Source: Candidatus Latescibacterota bacterium (lineage in GTDB: Bacteria; Latescibacterota; UBA2968; UBA8231). From it: a stretch of 64,000 nucleotides of DNA. The notes below the pieces were generated by a model. It was not told the DNA's origin. It was given only the letters and a program-made list of their open reading frames with translations, and searched no databases. A program made the translations under genes and the position numbers. The stretch is from the NCBI GenBank assembly GCA_965243025.1, contig CBDETY010000003.1, positions 2,848,001 to 2,912,000 of the forward strand, written 5' to 3'. Shown one piece after another: positions 28,104 to 38,487 of the stretch (position 1 is its first letter; the number at the start of each line of letters is the position of its first letter).

Positions 28104-30104
28104 TCAATAGGCCAGGGAGACGACGCGGCTTGCCGCGAAGGTGGCGTCGTCGGTTTCGACCTCGAGTCGCAGCACGTAGATGCCGGGGGGCAGGAGCTTG
28201 CTGTTGCCGTCCATGCCGTCCCAGGAGACGGTATGGGGTCCGCTTGCACGTTGCGCCAACGGCAATTCGGCCCGGCGCCTCCCGGTCAGATCGAACACCT
28301 TCAGGCTTACGGGCACAGCCGCCGACAGGTTCACGAGATCGAAGCGGATGTGGAGAAGGTCGTTGACGCGGTCGCCGTTGGGGGTGAACAGCCCGGTGGA
28401 AACCTCGATCTCCTCGAGCACCCGCCCCCCCACCTCGGCCAGTTCGACGGTGAGGGAGTTGCTCTCGGCCAGAAAGTCGGCATCCCCCGGCTCCAGCAAC
28501 TGAGGAACCTCCCACGGTCGGGTACTGTTGGAGACCCTGCCCTCGAACACCGTGCCGTAGTCGTAGATGCGGGCCTTGAAGACCACGGTCACGACCTCCC
28601 CGGTCCGGCGGGCGTCAATTCGCGGCAGGTCGACCTCGAACCCGGTCGAGTCGACCGTTGCCCGCCATTGCGAGAACTCCAGAGAAACTCCGTCGATGGC
28701 GACCGATTCGACGCTGTCGACAGGCGTCGGTGTGGTGATCCGGATGCGGTCGAAGCCCAGGTCCCCCGTCCTGATCTCCGGCCGCAGGAAGAGGGTGAAA
28801 GGGGTCGACTCTCTGGCCTCGGCCTGTCGCGGTTCAATTTCGGCCACGGCGCGGGTCGCAGCCTGTGGTCGGGTCACCGGAAACTCGAGGTAGTCGAGGC
28901 GGCCGCCCGCATGGAAGTCCCCTCTGAACTGCACGTACCGGCGGGGGCGGCTGGTGCGGAATTCCGCCGCCTGGTCGACGAATCCCAGGGGCGCGCTCCA
29001 GTTCGACCAGTTGTCGAGATCCGGGGCGGTGCCCCCCTGCGCACCCGGCTCCAATCCGAGATAGGCGGTCCGGTCCAGGGGATCACCCTCGGGGTTGTAG
29101 CGGCTCCGTTCGGCCCCCCGAAAGGTTTTGCGGAAGTAAATGTTGGGATCGGCGGTATCGCCGCTGCGCAACCGCAGATCCACCCTCGCTCCCGGGTGGA
29201 GCACTCCCGACCAGGCGATAGGGCCCAGAATCGCGAACTCCTCCAGATCGATCACGTTGGAGGTATAGTTCGAGCTCACGACGAACCCATCGGCGTAGAC
29301 CTCGAACTCCGCGATCCACCAGTTCCCGATCTCTGCGATGAAGATGATGTTCTGCACCGGTTCGCCCGAAAAATCGAACTCGAGCACCCCGCTCGTGTTG
29401 TCCAGGACCTCCCTGACGACATCGAAGTCCATGCTGAGGAACCCAACCCCATCCGCCTGCTTGTACCAGATTTCTCTCTCGCGAAATCCGATCCTCAACG
29501 GATCGCCGTCGTTGATTCCGAGGGTGTAGGTGGGAATGTACCTGTCCTCTTCGGTTCCCGGCGGGGGGTACAGGCGAACTGTGCGCAGGGGAAACACCCC
29601 CGGCAGGGTCAGCCAGATGTATTTACACCTTCCCTGGTAGGTATCATAGCCTTGAACGCGATCGGCATCGCCGCAATAGGGTGCGGCCTGGCCGCCGATA
29701 TAGGTGCCGCCACTCTGGTAGAAGGTCTGAAAATCCCCATCCCACATGACCTCCATGCCGGGTTCGAACTGGAACCCGTTGTACGTCTCCCACGATTTGA
29801 TGGTGCCGCCCCCGTCCATGACGGTGGGCACGAGGTTCATATCGCCGGCCACGAATTGGGGACGGATGGAATCGGGACGGATTTCGACGAGACGGGAGCT
29901 GCCGAAAGGCCGCGCGTTGAGCTGTTCCCACGAGAGCTGGACGAACCGCAAGGAGTCGGCCGGGGCGCCCAGGGCGTCGGGGTCCGGAGGGGGAATGCTC
30001 TCGCCGCCGATCCGGTAGATCGTCAGGCCCGAACTCTGGGACAGCCCCATCAGGCCCGCGGCCCAACAGCACAGAATCACCAGCCGAGTCGACAGAGATC
30101 TCAT
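28104..30104 (-). CDS. Secreted protein with C-terminal FTPNGDxxND/FlgD-Ig domain (paralogue of the neighbour)
   Basis: Signal peptide; WDGDFQTFY discoidin-like start; C-terminal LFTPNGDRVND..WDGMDGNSKLLPPGIY..VSLAY. Confidence 0.85.
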   Translation of the reverse strand: MRSLSTRLVILCCWAAGLMGLSQSSGLTIYRIGGESIPPPDPDALGAPADSLRFVQLSWEQLNARPFGSSRLVEIRPDSIRPQFVAGDMNLVPTVMDGGGTIKSWETYNGFQFEPGMEVMWDGDFQTFYQSGGTYIGGQAAPYCGDADRVQGYDTYQGRCKYIWLTLPGVFPLRTVRLYPPPGTEEDRYIPTYTLGINDGDPLRIGFREREIWYKQADGVGFLSMDFDVVREVLDNTSGVLEFDFSGEPVQNIIFIAEIGNWWIAEFEVYADGFVVSSNYTSNVIDLEEFAILGPIAWSGVLHPGARVDLRLRSGDTADPNIYFRKTFRGAERSRYNPEGDPLDRTAYLGLEPGAQGGTAPDLDNWSNWSAPLGFVDQAAEFRTSRPRRYVQFRGDFHAGGRLDYLEFPVTRPQAATRAVAEIEPRQAEARESTPFTLFLRPEIRTGDLGFDRIRITTPTPVDSVESVAIDGVSLEFSQWRATVDSTGFEVDLPRIDARRTGEVVTVVFKARIYDYGTVFEGRVSNSTRPWEVPQLLEPGDADFLAESNSLTVELAEVGGRVLEEIEVSTGLFTPNGDRVNDLLHIRFDLVNLSAAVPVSLKVFDLTGRRRAELPLAQRASGPHTVSWDGMDGNSKLLPPGIYVLRLEVETDDATFAASRVVSLAY

Positions 30105-30201
30105 GGTTGCGAGCTCGAGAAAGCGCCGGATCGCCTTATTGCGATTCTCCAGTTTGGAATGAACCTATGAAAAACAAAGGTTCCTTCGAAAGACCCCCAG
30201 G

Positions 30202-32292
30202 TCACCTGCTGACCACGAGGTTCCCGAACCCGTCGACCTCGGCCCGGAACTCCGGGTGAATCACGGTCGTGGAATCCTTCTCCTCCACCACGCACGGCCC
30301 CGCGACCGCGCACCCGGCCCCGAGACCGTAGCGGTCGTACACCGGGCAGTCGGCGAACCCCCCGCATTCGGCGAAGTAGACCGGCCTGTTCTCCTTCCGG
30401 GCACCGGCCGGGTCGCTGCCGCCCCCCTGCCATTCCCGCAGCCTCGGCTTGGAGATCCTGCCGGTCGCCGTCAGACGGTGGGCGACGAACTCGACCGGCT
30501 CCTCCGGGGCGCTGAAGCCGTAGGCCCGGTCGTGCTCCCCGTGGAACTCCCCGAGCACGCCGGCGATCCCGGCTTCGTCGAGCTTCCCGTCCGGCAGCGG
30601 CAGGGTCAGCTCGTAGCTCTGGCCGACGTAGCGGATGTCGGCCTGGCGCAGGCAGCCGGAGTCCCCTGCGGGAATCCCCTCGCGCTCGAGCGCTTCCCGT
30701 CCCTGAGCCTCCAGGCCGGCGTACACTGCCTCGACGGCGTCCAGGTCGAGCCGGTCGGCGCGCTCGATCCGCGTCGTCGAGTAGTCCCGCTTGAGATCGG
30801 TGACCAGGAGCCCGGTGGCGGAAAAGGTGCCCGGGCTCGCCGGGATGACGGTTGCCGGTATCTCCATCTCGGCGGCCAGGCGGCAGGCGTGCACCGGGCC
30901 TGCCCCCCCGAAAGCGACGAGGGCGAACTCACGGGGGTCGTAGCCGCGCTGGATGGAGACCAGGCGCAGGGCGTTGACCATGGCGGCGTTGGCGATCTCG
31001 ACGATGCCGTGGGCGGCCTCGACCGGGTCCATTCCCAGGGGTTCGGCGCAGCCTCCGGCTATCGCCCGACTCGCCGCCTCGACGTCGAGGGGGATCTCCC
31101 CGCCGAGAAAGAACCCTGGGTTGAGGCGCCCCAGGAGCAGGTTGGCGTCGGTCAGGGTCGGCTCGCGGCCCCCCTGTCCGTAGCAGGCGGGACCGGGGTC
31201 GGCCCCGGCGCTGCGCGGCCCTACCCTGAGCCCTCCGCCGGCGTCCACCCAGGCGATGGAGCCCCCTCCCGCCCCGATCTCCACCAGGTCGATCACCGGT
31301 GTCCGTATCGGGTATCCCGACCCCCGCGAGGAGCCGGCGCCGCTGCGGGCGGCCGCCCCGACCTCGTAATCCTTGGTCACCGACGGGGCCCCGTTCTCGA
31401 TCAGCCCGACCTTGGCGGTGGTCCCCCCCATATCGAAGGAGATGACGTTCCCCCGGCCGAGGGAGTTGCCGAGCCAGGCCGCCGCGGTCACTCCCGCCGC
31501 CGGCCCCGACTCCACCATGAACACCGGTCTCTCGCTGGCCGCCTCGAAGCTGAAAACCCCGCCGCTGCTCTGCATGACCAGCAGCTCCGCGGCCACCCCT
31601 GCGGCGCGCAGACGCCCCTCGATGCGCCCGAGGTACTCGGCGACGACCGGCCGGATGCAGGCGTTGATGACGGTGGTGCTGGCCCGGAAGTACTCGCGGA
31701 ACTCCGGGGCGACCTCCGAGGACAGCGACACCATGGCCCCGGGGAAGCGCTCCCGCAGGATCTCCCCGGCGCGGCGCTCGTGGCCGGGGTTGGCGTAGGC
31801 GTGGAGGAAGCAGACGGCGATCGCCTCCACCCCTTCCCGGCGCAGCCGGTCGGCCGCCTCCCCGACCGCCTCTTCGTCCAGGGCCTCGAGGACCTCGCCC
31901 CCGGGACCGAGGCGCTCCGGAACGCCGACGCAGAGGTAGCGCGGCACCAGGGGCCGGGGTTTCTCGAACCGCAGGTCGTAGAGGGAGGGCCGTATCTGGC
32001 GGGCGATCTCCAGCATGTCGCGGAAGCCGGCGGTGGTGACGAACCCGGTGCGCGCCACCTTCCCCTCGATGATGGCGTTCGTCGCCACCGTGGTCGCGTG
32101 CATGACGTAGGTGACGTCCCCGGGGTCGACCTCCTGTTCGGCCAGGATTCGGCGCGCGGCCTCGCTGAATCCCTCGGCCGGGTCTCCCGGGGTCGTGGGG
32201 ACCTTGGCGGTGGACACCTCGCCGGTCGCCTCGTCGACGAGGTTGGCGTCGGTGAAGGTGCCGCCGATGTCTATTCCCAGTCTATGCGCCAC
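30202..32292 (-). CDS. Hydantoinase A / 5-oxoprolinase ATP-binding subunit
   Basis: GIDIGGTFTD, HATTVATNAIIE, ESGPAAG, DMGGTTAKV, IGAGGGSIA, GPRSAGADPGPACY. Confidence 0.95.
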   Translation of the reverse strand: MAHRLGIDIGGTFTDANLVDEATGEVSTAKVPTTPGDPAEGFSEAARRILAEQEVDPGDVTYVMHATTVATNAIIEGKVARTGFVTTAGFRDMLEIARQIRPSLYDLRFEKPRPLVPRYLCVGVPERLGPGGEVLEALDEEAVGEAADRLRREGVEAIAVCFLHAYANPGHERRAGEILRERFPGAMVSLSSEVAPEFREYFRASTTVINACIRPVVAEYLGRIEGRLRAAGVAAELLVMQSSGGVFSFEAASERPVFMVESGPAAGVTAAAWLGNSLGRGNVISFDMGGTTAKVGLIENGAPSVTKDYEVGAAARSGAGSSRGSGYPIRTPVIDLVEIGAGGGSIAWVDAGGGLRVGPRSAGADPGPACYGQGGREPTLTDANLLLGRLNPGFFLGGEIPLDVEAASRAIAGGCAEPLGMDPVEAAHGIVEIANAAMVNALRLVSIQRGYDPREFALVAFGGAGPVHACRLAAEMEIPATVIPASPGTFSATGLLVTDLKRDYSTTRIERADRLDLDAVEAVYAGLEAQGREALEREGIPAGDSGCLRQADIRYVGQSYELTLPLPDGKLDEAGIAGVLGEFHGEHDRAYGFSAPEEPVEFVAHRLTATGRISKPRLREWQGGGSDPAGARKENRPVYFAECGGFADCPVYDRYGLGAGCAVAGPCVVEEKDSTTVIHPEFRAEVDGFGNLVVSR

Positions 32293-34060
32293 GGCCCCCC
32301 CCTGCCGCGGCAGCGGCGCGCAGCCTGGCTGTCTCCTCCTCGTCCACCCGCCAGGCCTCGGTGTCGACGGCCACCCGGTAGACCTCCCGGGCGCGCTCGA
32401 GACCGACCTTGCCCTCGCGCACGTCGGCGAGCACCGCCAGCGGGTCGCGCTCGTGCGGCGGCCCGTACCCGCCGCCGCCGCAGGTGCGGTAGCTCATCAC
32501 CTCCCCCGGGGAGAGGTCGAAGGTCACCTTCGAGCTCAGCTCCTCCGCCTCGCCGTCCGGGTCGAGCACGTAGCTCGCCCTGCGCCCCGGCTCGCCGCCG
32601 AACAGGCCGTGGGGCCCCCAGCGGTCGCGGTCGGCGAGGATGGTGAAGCGGACCTCGTGGCCGTAGAAGCGGTAGTCCCGCCGCAGACCCAGCCCTCCGC
32701 GCCAGGTGCCGGCCCCGTCGGAGTCCTCGACCAGCTCGTAGCGCACGACGTGCAGCGGGTAGTTCATCTCCGTCTCCTCGACCGGCGCGTTCTCCGTGTT
32801 CTGCCCGTGCGTCTGCACGGCGTCCGGGCCGTCGCGGCCAGCGCGGCCCCCGAAGCCGCCGGCCAGGGTCTCGAGGTAGCAGTAGTACTCGCCGCTGCGC
32901 GGGTCGGCGCCGCCGAAGCCGGCGTGGCACTGCATCGCCTTGGTTCCCGCCGGCATGCGCTCCGGAAGGGCCGGGGCCAGGGCCTTGAACATCACGTCGG
33001 TCAGCCGCGTCTGGGTCTCCCAGCCGCCGACCACGGCCGCGGGCGCCCTGCAGTTCACCACCGTGCCCTCCGGGGCGTTAATGCGCACCTGGCCGTAGAA
33101 GCCGGCGTTGACCGGCACGTCCTCGTCGATCAGGCACTTGAGGGCGAAGGCGCAGGCCGAGAAGGTCTGGGCCCAGGTCGAGTTCACCGGCGCCCGGCGC
33201 TGCGGATCGCACCCCTCCAGGTCGAACAGCACCCCGTCCCCGTCGATGACGATGCGGGCGGCCAGGGCCACCGGCTCGCCCCCGAAGCCGTCGTTGTCGA
33301 TGCAGCCTTCGGCGCGGAACTCACCCTTGGGCAGCCTGGCGAGGTCGGCGCGGGTGCGCCTTTCGGTGTAGGCGATCAGCTCGCCGGTGTAGAAGGACGC
33401 GGCCTCGGCCCCGACCCGGGCGACCAGGTCGTTGACGCGGCGGATCCCGGTGTTGTTGGCGGCGATCTGGGCGCGCAGGTCGCCGGCGGTCTCCCGCTTC
33501 GAGCGGATCTGCGCCAGCACCAGCCGGAACAGGTCGTCCTCGATCTCCCCGGCCCGCACCAGCCTGACCGCGGGGATGATCACCCCCTCCTGGAACACCT
33601 CCTGGAAGGCGCCGACGCTGGCCGGGGCGCCGCCGCCGACGTCGACGTGGTGGGCGATGTTGGCGGCGTACCCGAACAGCTCGCCGCCGCAGAAGACCGG
33701 GGAGATCAGGGCGATGTCGTTGAGGTGGACGCCGCCGGCGTGGGCGTCGTTGGTCAGGATGGCGTCCCCGGGGCCGAGTTTCTCCGCCCCGTACCGCCGG
33801 ACCGCCCTGGGCACCAGCTCGACCATCGACCCGAGGTGGGTGGGCTGGGCGAAGCACTGGGCAACCGCCCGCAGGTCCCGGTCGAACAGCACGCAGGAGA
33901 AGTCGGCGCGCGTCTTGATGTTGGTCGAGTACGCCGACCGCCTCAGGGCGACGGCCATCTCCTCGGTCGCCTCCACGAGGGCGTTGCGGATCACCTCGAA
34001 GGCGATGGGGTCGACGCGGCGGTCGGGGGGACTGGGACCGGGGCGTTCTGCTGCCGACAT
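32282..34060 (-). CDS. Hydantoinase B / oxoprolinase subunit
   Basis: DPIAFEVIRNAL, AYSTNIK..DFSC, NDAHAGGVHLND, AHHVDVGG, GAGTWRGGLG, TCGGGGYG; ATG at 34060. Confidence 0.95.
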   Translation of the reverse strand: MSAAERPGPSPPDRRVDPIAFEVIRNALVEATEEMAVALRRSAYSTNIKTRADFSCVLFDRDLRAVAQCFAQPTHLGSMVELVPRAVRRYGAEKLGPGDAILTNDAHAGGVHLNDIALISPVFCGGELFGYAANIAHHVDVGGGAPASVGAFQEVFQEGVIIPAVRLVRAGEIEDDLFRLVLAQIRSKRETAGDLRAQIAANNTGIRRVNDLVARVGAEAASFYTGELIAYTERRTRADLARLPKGEFRAEGCIDNDGFGGEPVALAARIVIDGDGVLFDLEGCDPQRRAPVNSTWAQTFSACAFALKCLIDEDVPVNAGFYGQVRINAPEGTVVNCRAPAAVVGGWETQTRLTDVMFKALAPALPERMPAGTKAMQCHAGFGGADPRSGEYYCYLETLAGGFGGRAGRDGPDAVQTHGQNTENAPVEETEMNYPLHVVRYELVEDSDGAGTWRGGLGLRRDYRFYGHEVRFTILADRDRWGPHGLFGGEPGRRASYVLDPDGEAEELSSKVTFDLSPGEVMSYRTCGGGGYGPPHERDPLAVLADVREGKVGLERAREVYRVAVDTEAWRVDEEETARLRAAAAAGGGRGA

Positions 34061-34377
34061 TATGGACCTTCCTGCTCGCGGTCTCCGCGAGAATGGGTGC
34101 GCTGCCTCAGGCTCCCGGCAACGTACTTTCTTCAGCCTCAAACGCCAACCGGCAATGGAGGAACCCTGCCCCTGGATTTCCCGCGCGGGAGACAGCACAG
34201 GATCCGCAATCGCTCGCCGGCGGCCGGCGGGTACGACGGAAGGCTCATGAACGACAAGACTGTTCTGAAGAAAGGAAGCGTGACCTTTCCCGAGGACCGC
34301 ATCCGGATCAGCTGCCGGGCCCCCCGGCCGCTGTGTTTCCGGTTGGCAACGCCGGGTTTCCGGCAGGAGATGAAACC

Positions 34378-35595
34378 ATGACGGTTCCGAGGGTCGCCGT
34401 CGTCGGCATGGGGGGGTTCGCCGCCGACCACCGCTCCTGGGCGCGCGAGCTCGACGCGAAGGGAGCCATCCGTCAGGTGGCGCAGGTCGCCCCGGCCTTC
34501 GACCACCGGCCCTTCGCCGCCGACATCGCCGCCCTGCGCGAGCGCGGCGTCGCCGTGTACGACAGCCTCAGGCAGATGATGGCCGAGCAGCGCCGGGAGA
34601 TCGACCTCGTCACCATCCCGACCGGCATCCACCTGCACCGGCCGATGACCGTGGCCTGCCTCGAGGCCGGCTGCCACGTCCTGGTCGAGAAGCCGGCCTC
34701 CGGCTCGATCCAGGATACCGACGCCATGATCCGCGCCGAGGAGCAGTCGGGGCCGCAGGTCACCGTCGGCTACCAGCACCTTTACCGGGAGGACGTCGCC
34801 CTGCTCAAGGAGTGGGTCTGCGCCGGCCGCTTCGGGGCGGTACGGCGGATCAAGGCGTTCGGGAGCTGGCCGCGCAGCCTCGAGTACTACGGCCGCAACG
34901 AGTGGGCCGGCCTCTACGGCCTCGGCGACCGCTGGGTCCTCGACGCCCCGCACCAGAACGCCATGGCCCACGCCGTCAACCTCATGTGCTACCTCGGCTG
35001 CCAGCGCCCCCGGCAGTCGCTGACCCCGGAGTCGATCCGGGCGGAGCTCTACCGCTGCAACGCCATCCTCAGCGCCGACTCCGTCTCCCTGCGCATGCGG
35101 TCCGCCGAAGGAACGGAGGTCTTCTTCGCCGCCAGCCACTGCACCGACGAGCAGCTCGACACCGTCTTCGTGCTGGAAGCGGAGAAAGCGACCCTCACCC
35201 TCGAGTACGAGGGGGGCGGCGGGATCGAGTGGTCCGGCGGCGGGCGGGAACCGCTGCCCGTCTCCGAAGCCGGGGTCACCGACGTGCTGGAGAAGGCGGC
35301 CGCCCTGGCCACCGGCGGGCTCGACCTGCCCCCCTGCCCGCTCGCCGTCGCCAGGGCCCAGACCCTGTGCACCTGCGGCAGCTACGAGTCCTCAGCCGTC
35401 CACGAGCTGCCCGGCCGGCAGATAGTCGGCGGCACCGTCGTCTTACCCGGGATGAAGGAGGCGGTGCTGCAGGCGTTCGAGGAAGCGGCGCTGTTCTCCG
35501 AGCTCTCCCTGCCCTGGGCGCGGGCGGGCGAAGAGGTCGACCTGCGGGGGTACGGGTACTACCCTGCCTTTCGCCCGCCTGCTGAAAGGAAGTAG
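34378..35595 (+). CDS. Gfo/Idh/MocA family oxidoreductase
   Basis: ATG 34378 after AGGAG; VAVVGMGGFA, HVLVEKP, NAMAH. Confidence 0.9.
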   Translation: MTVPRVAVVGMGGFAADHRSWARELDAKGAIRQVAQVAPAFDHRPFAADIAALRERGVAVYDSLRQMMAEQRREIDLVTIPTGIHLHRPMTVACLEAGCHVLVEKPASGSIQDTDAMIRAEEQSGPQVTVGYQHLYREDVALLKEWVCAGRFGAVRRIKAFGSWPRSLEYYGRNEWAGLYGLGDRWVLDAPHQNAMAHAVNLMCYLGCQRPRQSLTPESIRAELYRCNAILSADSVSLRMRSAEGTEVFFAASHCTDEQLDTVFVLEAEKATLTLEYEGGGGIEWSGGGREPLPVSEAGVTDVLEKAAALATGGLDLPPCPLAVARAQTLCTCGSYESSAVHELPGRQIVGGTVVLPGMKEAVLQAFEEAALFSELSLPWARAGEEVDLRGYGYYPAFRPPAERK

Positions 35596-35718
35596 ACTGC
35601 ATTCATAGTCGAGCATGAAGACAAACGCTCCTTGCTGGAGATCCTGGCCGCTCTCGAACCATTGAGGGAGGAGTTCCCGCCAGTCGACGATCCGCAACCC
35701 GACGAGGTCGAGCTCTGA
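35596..35718 (+). pseudogene. vapB: C-terminal remnant of a VapB-type antitoxin
   Basis: The frame after the upstream stop reads IVEHEDKRSLLEILAALEPLREEFPPVDDPQPDEVEL*, a typical VapB tail. TGATG coupling to vapC. No start codon or AbrB domain. Confidence 0.7.
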
Positions 35719-35935
35719 TGCCATACCTGCTCGACACCAACATCCTGTCCGACCTCGTCCGCAACCCTCAGGGCCGGCTGCGCAGCCGGCTGGGAAGGAA
35801 GGGGCAGCCGATCGGGGGCAACGATCTGCTGATCGCCGCGCAGGCCCTTTCTTCCGGACACATTCTCGTTACCGACAACGAGCGCGAGTTCTCCCGCATC
35901 GACGGCCTGCTGCGGGAGCACTGGGCTGAGGTAGG
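35718..35935 (+). pseudogene. vapC: VapC PIN toxin with internal deletion and lost stop codon
   Basis: MPYLLDTNILSDLVRNPQGR is joined directly to LRSRLGRKGQPIGGNDLLIAAQALSSGHILVTDNEREFSRIDGL..W. The central part, including the conserved Glu helix, is missing. Confidence 0.8.
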
Positions 35936-35970
35936 CCGGCGCCCTGGAAACTGCGCCGGCCCCCGCCCTT

Positions 35971-38487
35971 TCAGTGGGGCACGCCGAGCTTGTGCATGCG
36001 CCGGTGAATGGCCTCGCGCGCCTCGACGAACGGCCGCTCGAGGTAGGCGCCGTGATCCTCCTCCCCGTGGTGATGGGTCGCGGTCCCGACCTCGTGCTGG
36101 CGGCTGGTGTTGCGGATGTACTCGATGCAGCCGTCGACGAGGGTCAGCATGTAGGTCGCCGTATCCTGGTCGAACATCCACCACTCCCCGCCGCAGGCGA
36201 CGTAGACCGGCGAGGTGTGCGCGAAGATGCCGCGGCCCCAGCCGTCGTAGTGCGGTAGCGACCGGTACCCCGGGCCCGCGACCCGCGCCGCCAGCCAGGA
36301 GTGGCCGCTGATCTCCGCCTTCCCTCTCAGGGTGAGCCGCCGCGCCCCCCTGGGCTCCGACGCCTCGGCCACAACCCGCCCCTCCTGCACCACCTGCAGG
36401 CAGTGGACGGGGAAGATGCACTCCGCCTCGGCCTCGAACTCCAGGGTGCCGCCGTTGCCGGGCAGCTCCACGGTGTCGCCGATCTCGCGGCCGTCGACGC
36501 GGAACTTCAGCATCGGCCCGCCGCTGTGGACGGTGCGGCCGGCGGCGACCGCCCGGCACCAGTTGTCGTAGGTGAACTCCTCCCCTTCGCCGAGCTTCGC
36601 GTAGGTGCGGTAGATGCCGACCGGCACGTCGCTCGACATCTTGTCGGTGCCGCCGACCAGCGGAAGCTTGTACCCGCAGTTGAGGTAGCGGTAGTACTCG
36701 TGGTGGTTGAACTCGGCGTGGCGCAGCATCTCGACGGCGTCCGCCCTGCCGGTGGCGATCAGGGCGGCGGGCTCGCCGTTGGGGCTCGGCAGGTGGGGAA
36801 TAACCACCGTCCCTCCCTGGGAGTGGGTGCGGTCGGCCCAGTCCGACATCGTCACCTCGAGGGTGCCGCCCATCTCCGCCTCCCCGGGGCCGTCCGAGCA
36901 CCAGGGCATGACCGGCTCCTTCAGGCCCCACAGGATCAGGTGGCCGAGGAAGTGCTGCCGGTTCTCCTGCGACACGTAGACGATGCTGTTGCCGTCGTCG
37001 GAGACGCTGGGGGCCCCGGTGAACTCCTGCTTGTCGGTGAACAGGGTCCCCCACTGCGACTGCAGCATGTTGACGACGTTGAGGTCCTCGGCGTTGGCCT
37101 CGGTGTGGCTCCCCTGCGCCGACAGGAAGTGGACGTGGGAGTCGCCGCTGTACCAGCCCTCGGCGTTCATGTGGCACCAGCGCTTCAGGCGCAGCTCAAG
37201 CTCCCGCTGCCCCGGCTTTATCTCGATCCTGCGGCGGACCGGCTCGTACTCGAACCCCCGCGCCACGTCGACGATCACCTCGCCGCGCGGCAGCCAGCCC
37301 TGGCAGGTGCCGTCGATGTAGGCGTAGGAAGCCTGGCCGAGGCGCAGGTCGCCGCCGACGTCGAAGTGCCAGGTGCCGTTGTTGGAGTTGACGTGGGCGT
37401 GGTGCCCGTGGGGGGCGTAGGCCACCCCCCGCGGCGAGCGGAAGTGGATGCGGCAGGGGACCGGCCGCCCGGTGTCGTCGTCGATCACCCGGGTGTGCAC
37501 CCAGTTGCGGCCGCCGTCGGCGACCTCGACGCGGACCCTCGAGCCCGACCCGGCTGCGCCATCGGCGAGCACCTCTCCCCAGCTGACCTCACCCAGGGTC
37601 TCCTCCCCCTGCCTGACGGTCACCGTCGCCGACGGCGAGGCGGCGATCTCGACCTGGGCGGGGCTGCTCTTCTCGTTCTGCGGCTCCCCCCATCCCTTGC
37701 GGTCGTCGGCGACGAACTCGTCGGCCGGCTTCTCCGGCAGCGGGTACGGGTAGGTCGCCACCCCGCGGTCGACATCGACCTCGAGACCGAACGGCTTTTC
37801 CGCGTCCTCCGGCCGCGGCAGGGTGATGACGGCGTCGCGCAGACCCCCGCGGCAGACCGGCTCCTCGTCGGCGCTGCCGAGGGTTATGCCGCCGACGGCG
37901 AGGACCCGCGGGCCCGGAACCACCTCGATGGCAACCAGCTCCTTCTCCGGGGAGGGGTTCTTCCACGACCAGAGCACGAACCAGCGCGGCGTCGCCCGCT
38001 CCACCTCGGTCTGGCGCCGTCCCGCGTCGCTCCAGCGGCCCTCCCAGCGCGGCAGCAGCCTGTCGCCACAATCGGGGAAGGCGAGAAACGGGGAGCCTCC
38101 GTTCGGGGGCACCGTGCAGATCTCGAAGCGCTCCCGCAGGGAGACGGCGTGGGACTCGCCGCCGGCGAGGTGGAAGACGTAGGAGCCGACCTCCTCGCCG
38201 ACCGGACCGCCCTGTGAGATCCGCGATTCCACCAGGCGGTGGGCGAAGACGGCGTAGCGCGCCGAGCTGCCCACGGGAATCGACACCGGTTCGGCCGCGT
38301 GTCCCGGCCCGGCGGCCAGCAGGCAGCGCCCCGGCCCTGCGCCGGCGCCGCCGATCGAGAACGGCAGCCCCTGGAAGGTCTGGTCCCCGGCGGGGAAATC
38401 GCTGGGGGGGGCGCCTCCGCTGTCGAAAAGGTCCGCCCCGGCGTTGCACACTCCAGCCAGATCGATCGGTTCGTAGTCCTTCGTCAT
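35971..38487 (-). CDS. CehA/McbA-family (PHP-like) metallohydrolase with N-terminal beta domains
   Basis: GWYSGDSHVHF, SQENR..LGH, VIPH, YYRYLNCG..GGTD, GRTVHSGGP, FAHTSPVYV; ATG 38487 after GAGGTGAAAGG. Confidence 0.85.
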   Translation of the reverse strand: MTKDYEPIDLAGVCNAGADLFDSGGAPPSDFPAGDQTFQGLPFSIGGAGAGPGRCLLAAGPGHAAEPVSIPVGSSARYAVFAHRLVESRISQGGPVGEEVGSYVFHLAGGESHAVSLRERFEICTVPPNGGSPFLAFPDCGDRLLPRWEGRWSDAGRRQTEVERATPRWFVLWSWKNPSPEKELVAIEVVPGPRVLAVGGITLGSADEEPVCRGGLRDAVITLPRPEDAEKPFGLEVDVDRGVATYPYPLPEKPADEFVADDRKGWGEPQNEKSSPAQVEIAASPSATVTVRQGEETLGEVSWGEVLADGAAGSGSRVRVEVADGGRNWVHTRVIDDDTGRPVPCRIHFRSPRGVAYAPHGHHAHVNSNNGTWHFDVGGDLRLGQASYAYIDGTCQGWLPRGEVIVDVARGFEYEPVRRRIEIKPGQRELELRLKRWCHMNAEGWYSGDSHVHFLSAQGSHTEANAEDLNVVNMLQSQWGTLFTDKQEFTGAPSVSDDGNSIVYVSQENRQHFLGHLILWGLKEPVMPWCSDGPGEAEMGGTLEVTMSDWADRTHSQGGTVVIPHLPSPNGEPAALIATGRADAVEMLRHAEFNHHEYYRYLNCGYKLPLVGGTDKMSSDVPVGIYRTYAKLGEGEEFTYDNWCRAVAAGRTVHSGGPMLKFRVDGREIGDTVELPGNGGTLEFEAEAECIFPVHCLQVVQEGRVVAEASEPRGARRLTLRGKAEISGHSWLAARVAGPGYRSLPHYDGWGRGIFAHTSPVYVACGGEWWMFDQDTATYMLTLVDGCIEYIRNTSRQHEVGTATHHHGEEDHGAYLERPFVEAREAIHRRMHKLGVPH

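Noticed and set aside
34247-34381. 44-aa ORF MNDKTVLKKGSVTFPE overlapping the oxidoreductase start
   Set aside because: Too short, with no recognisable motif; it could be chance or a remnant.
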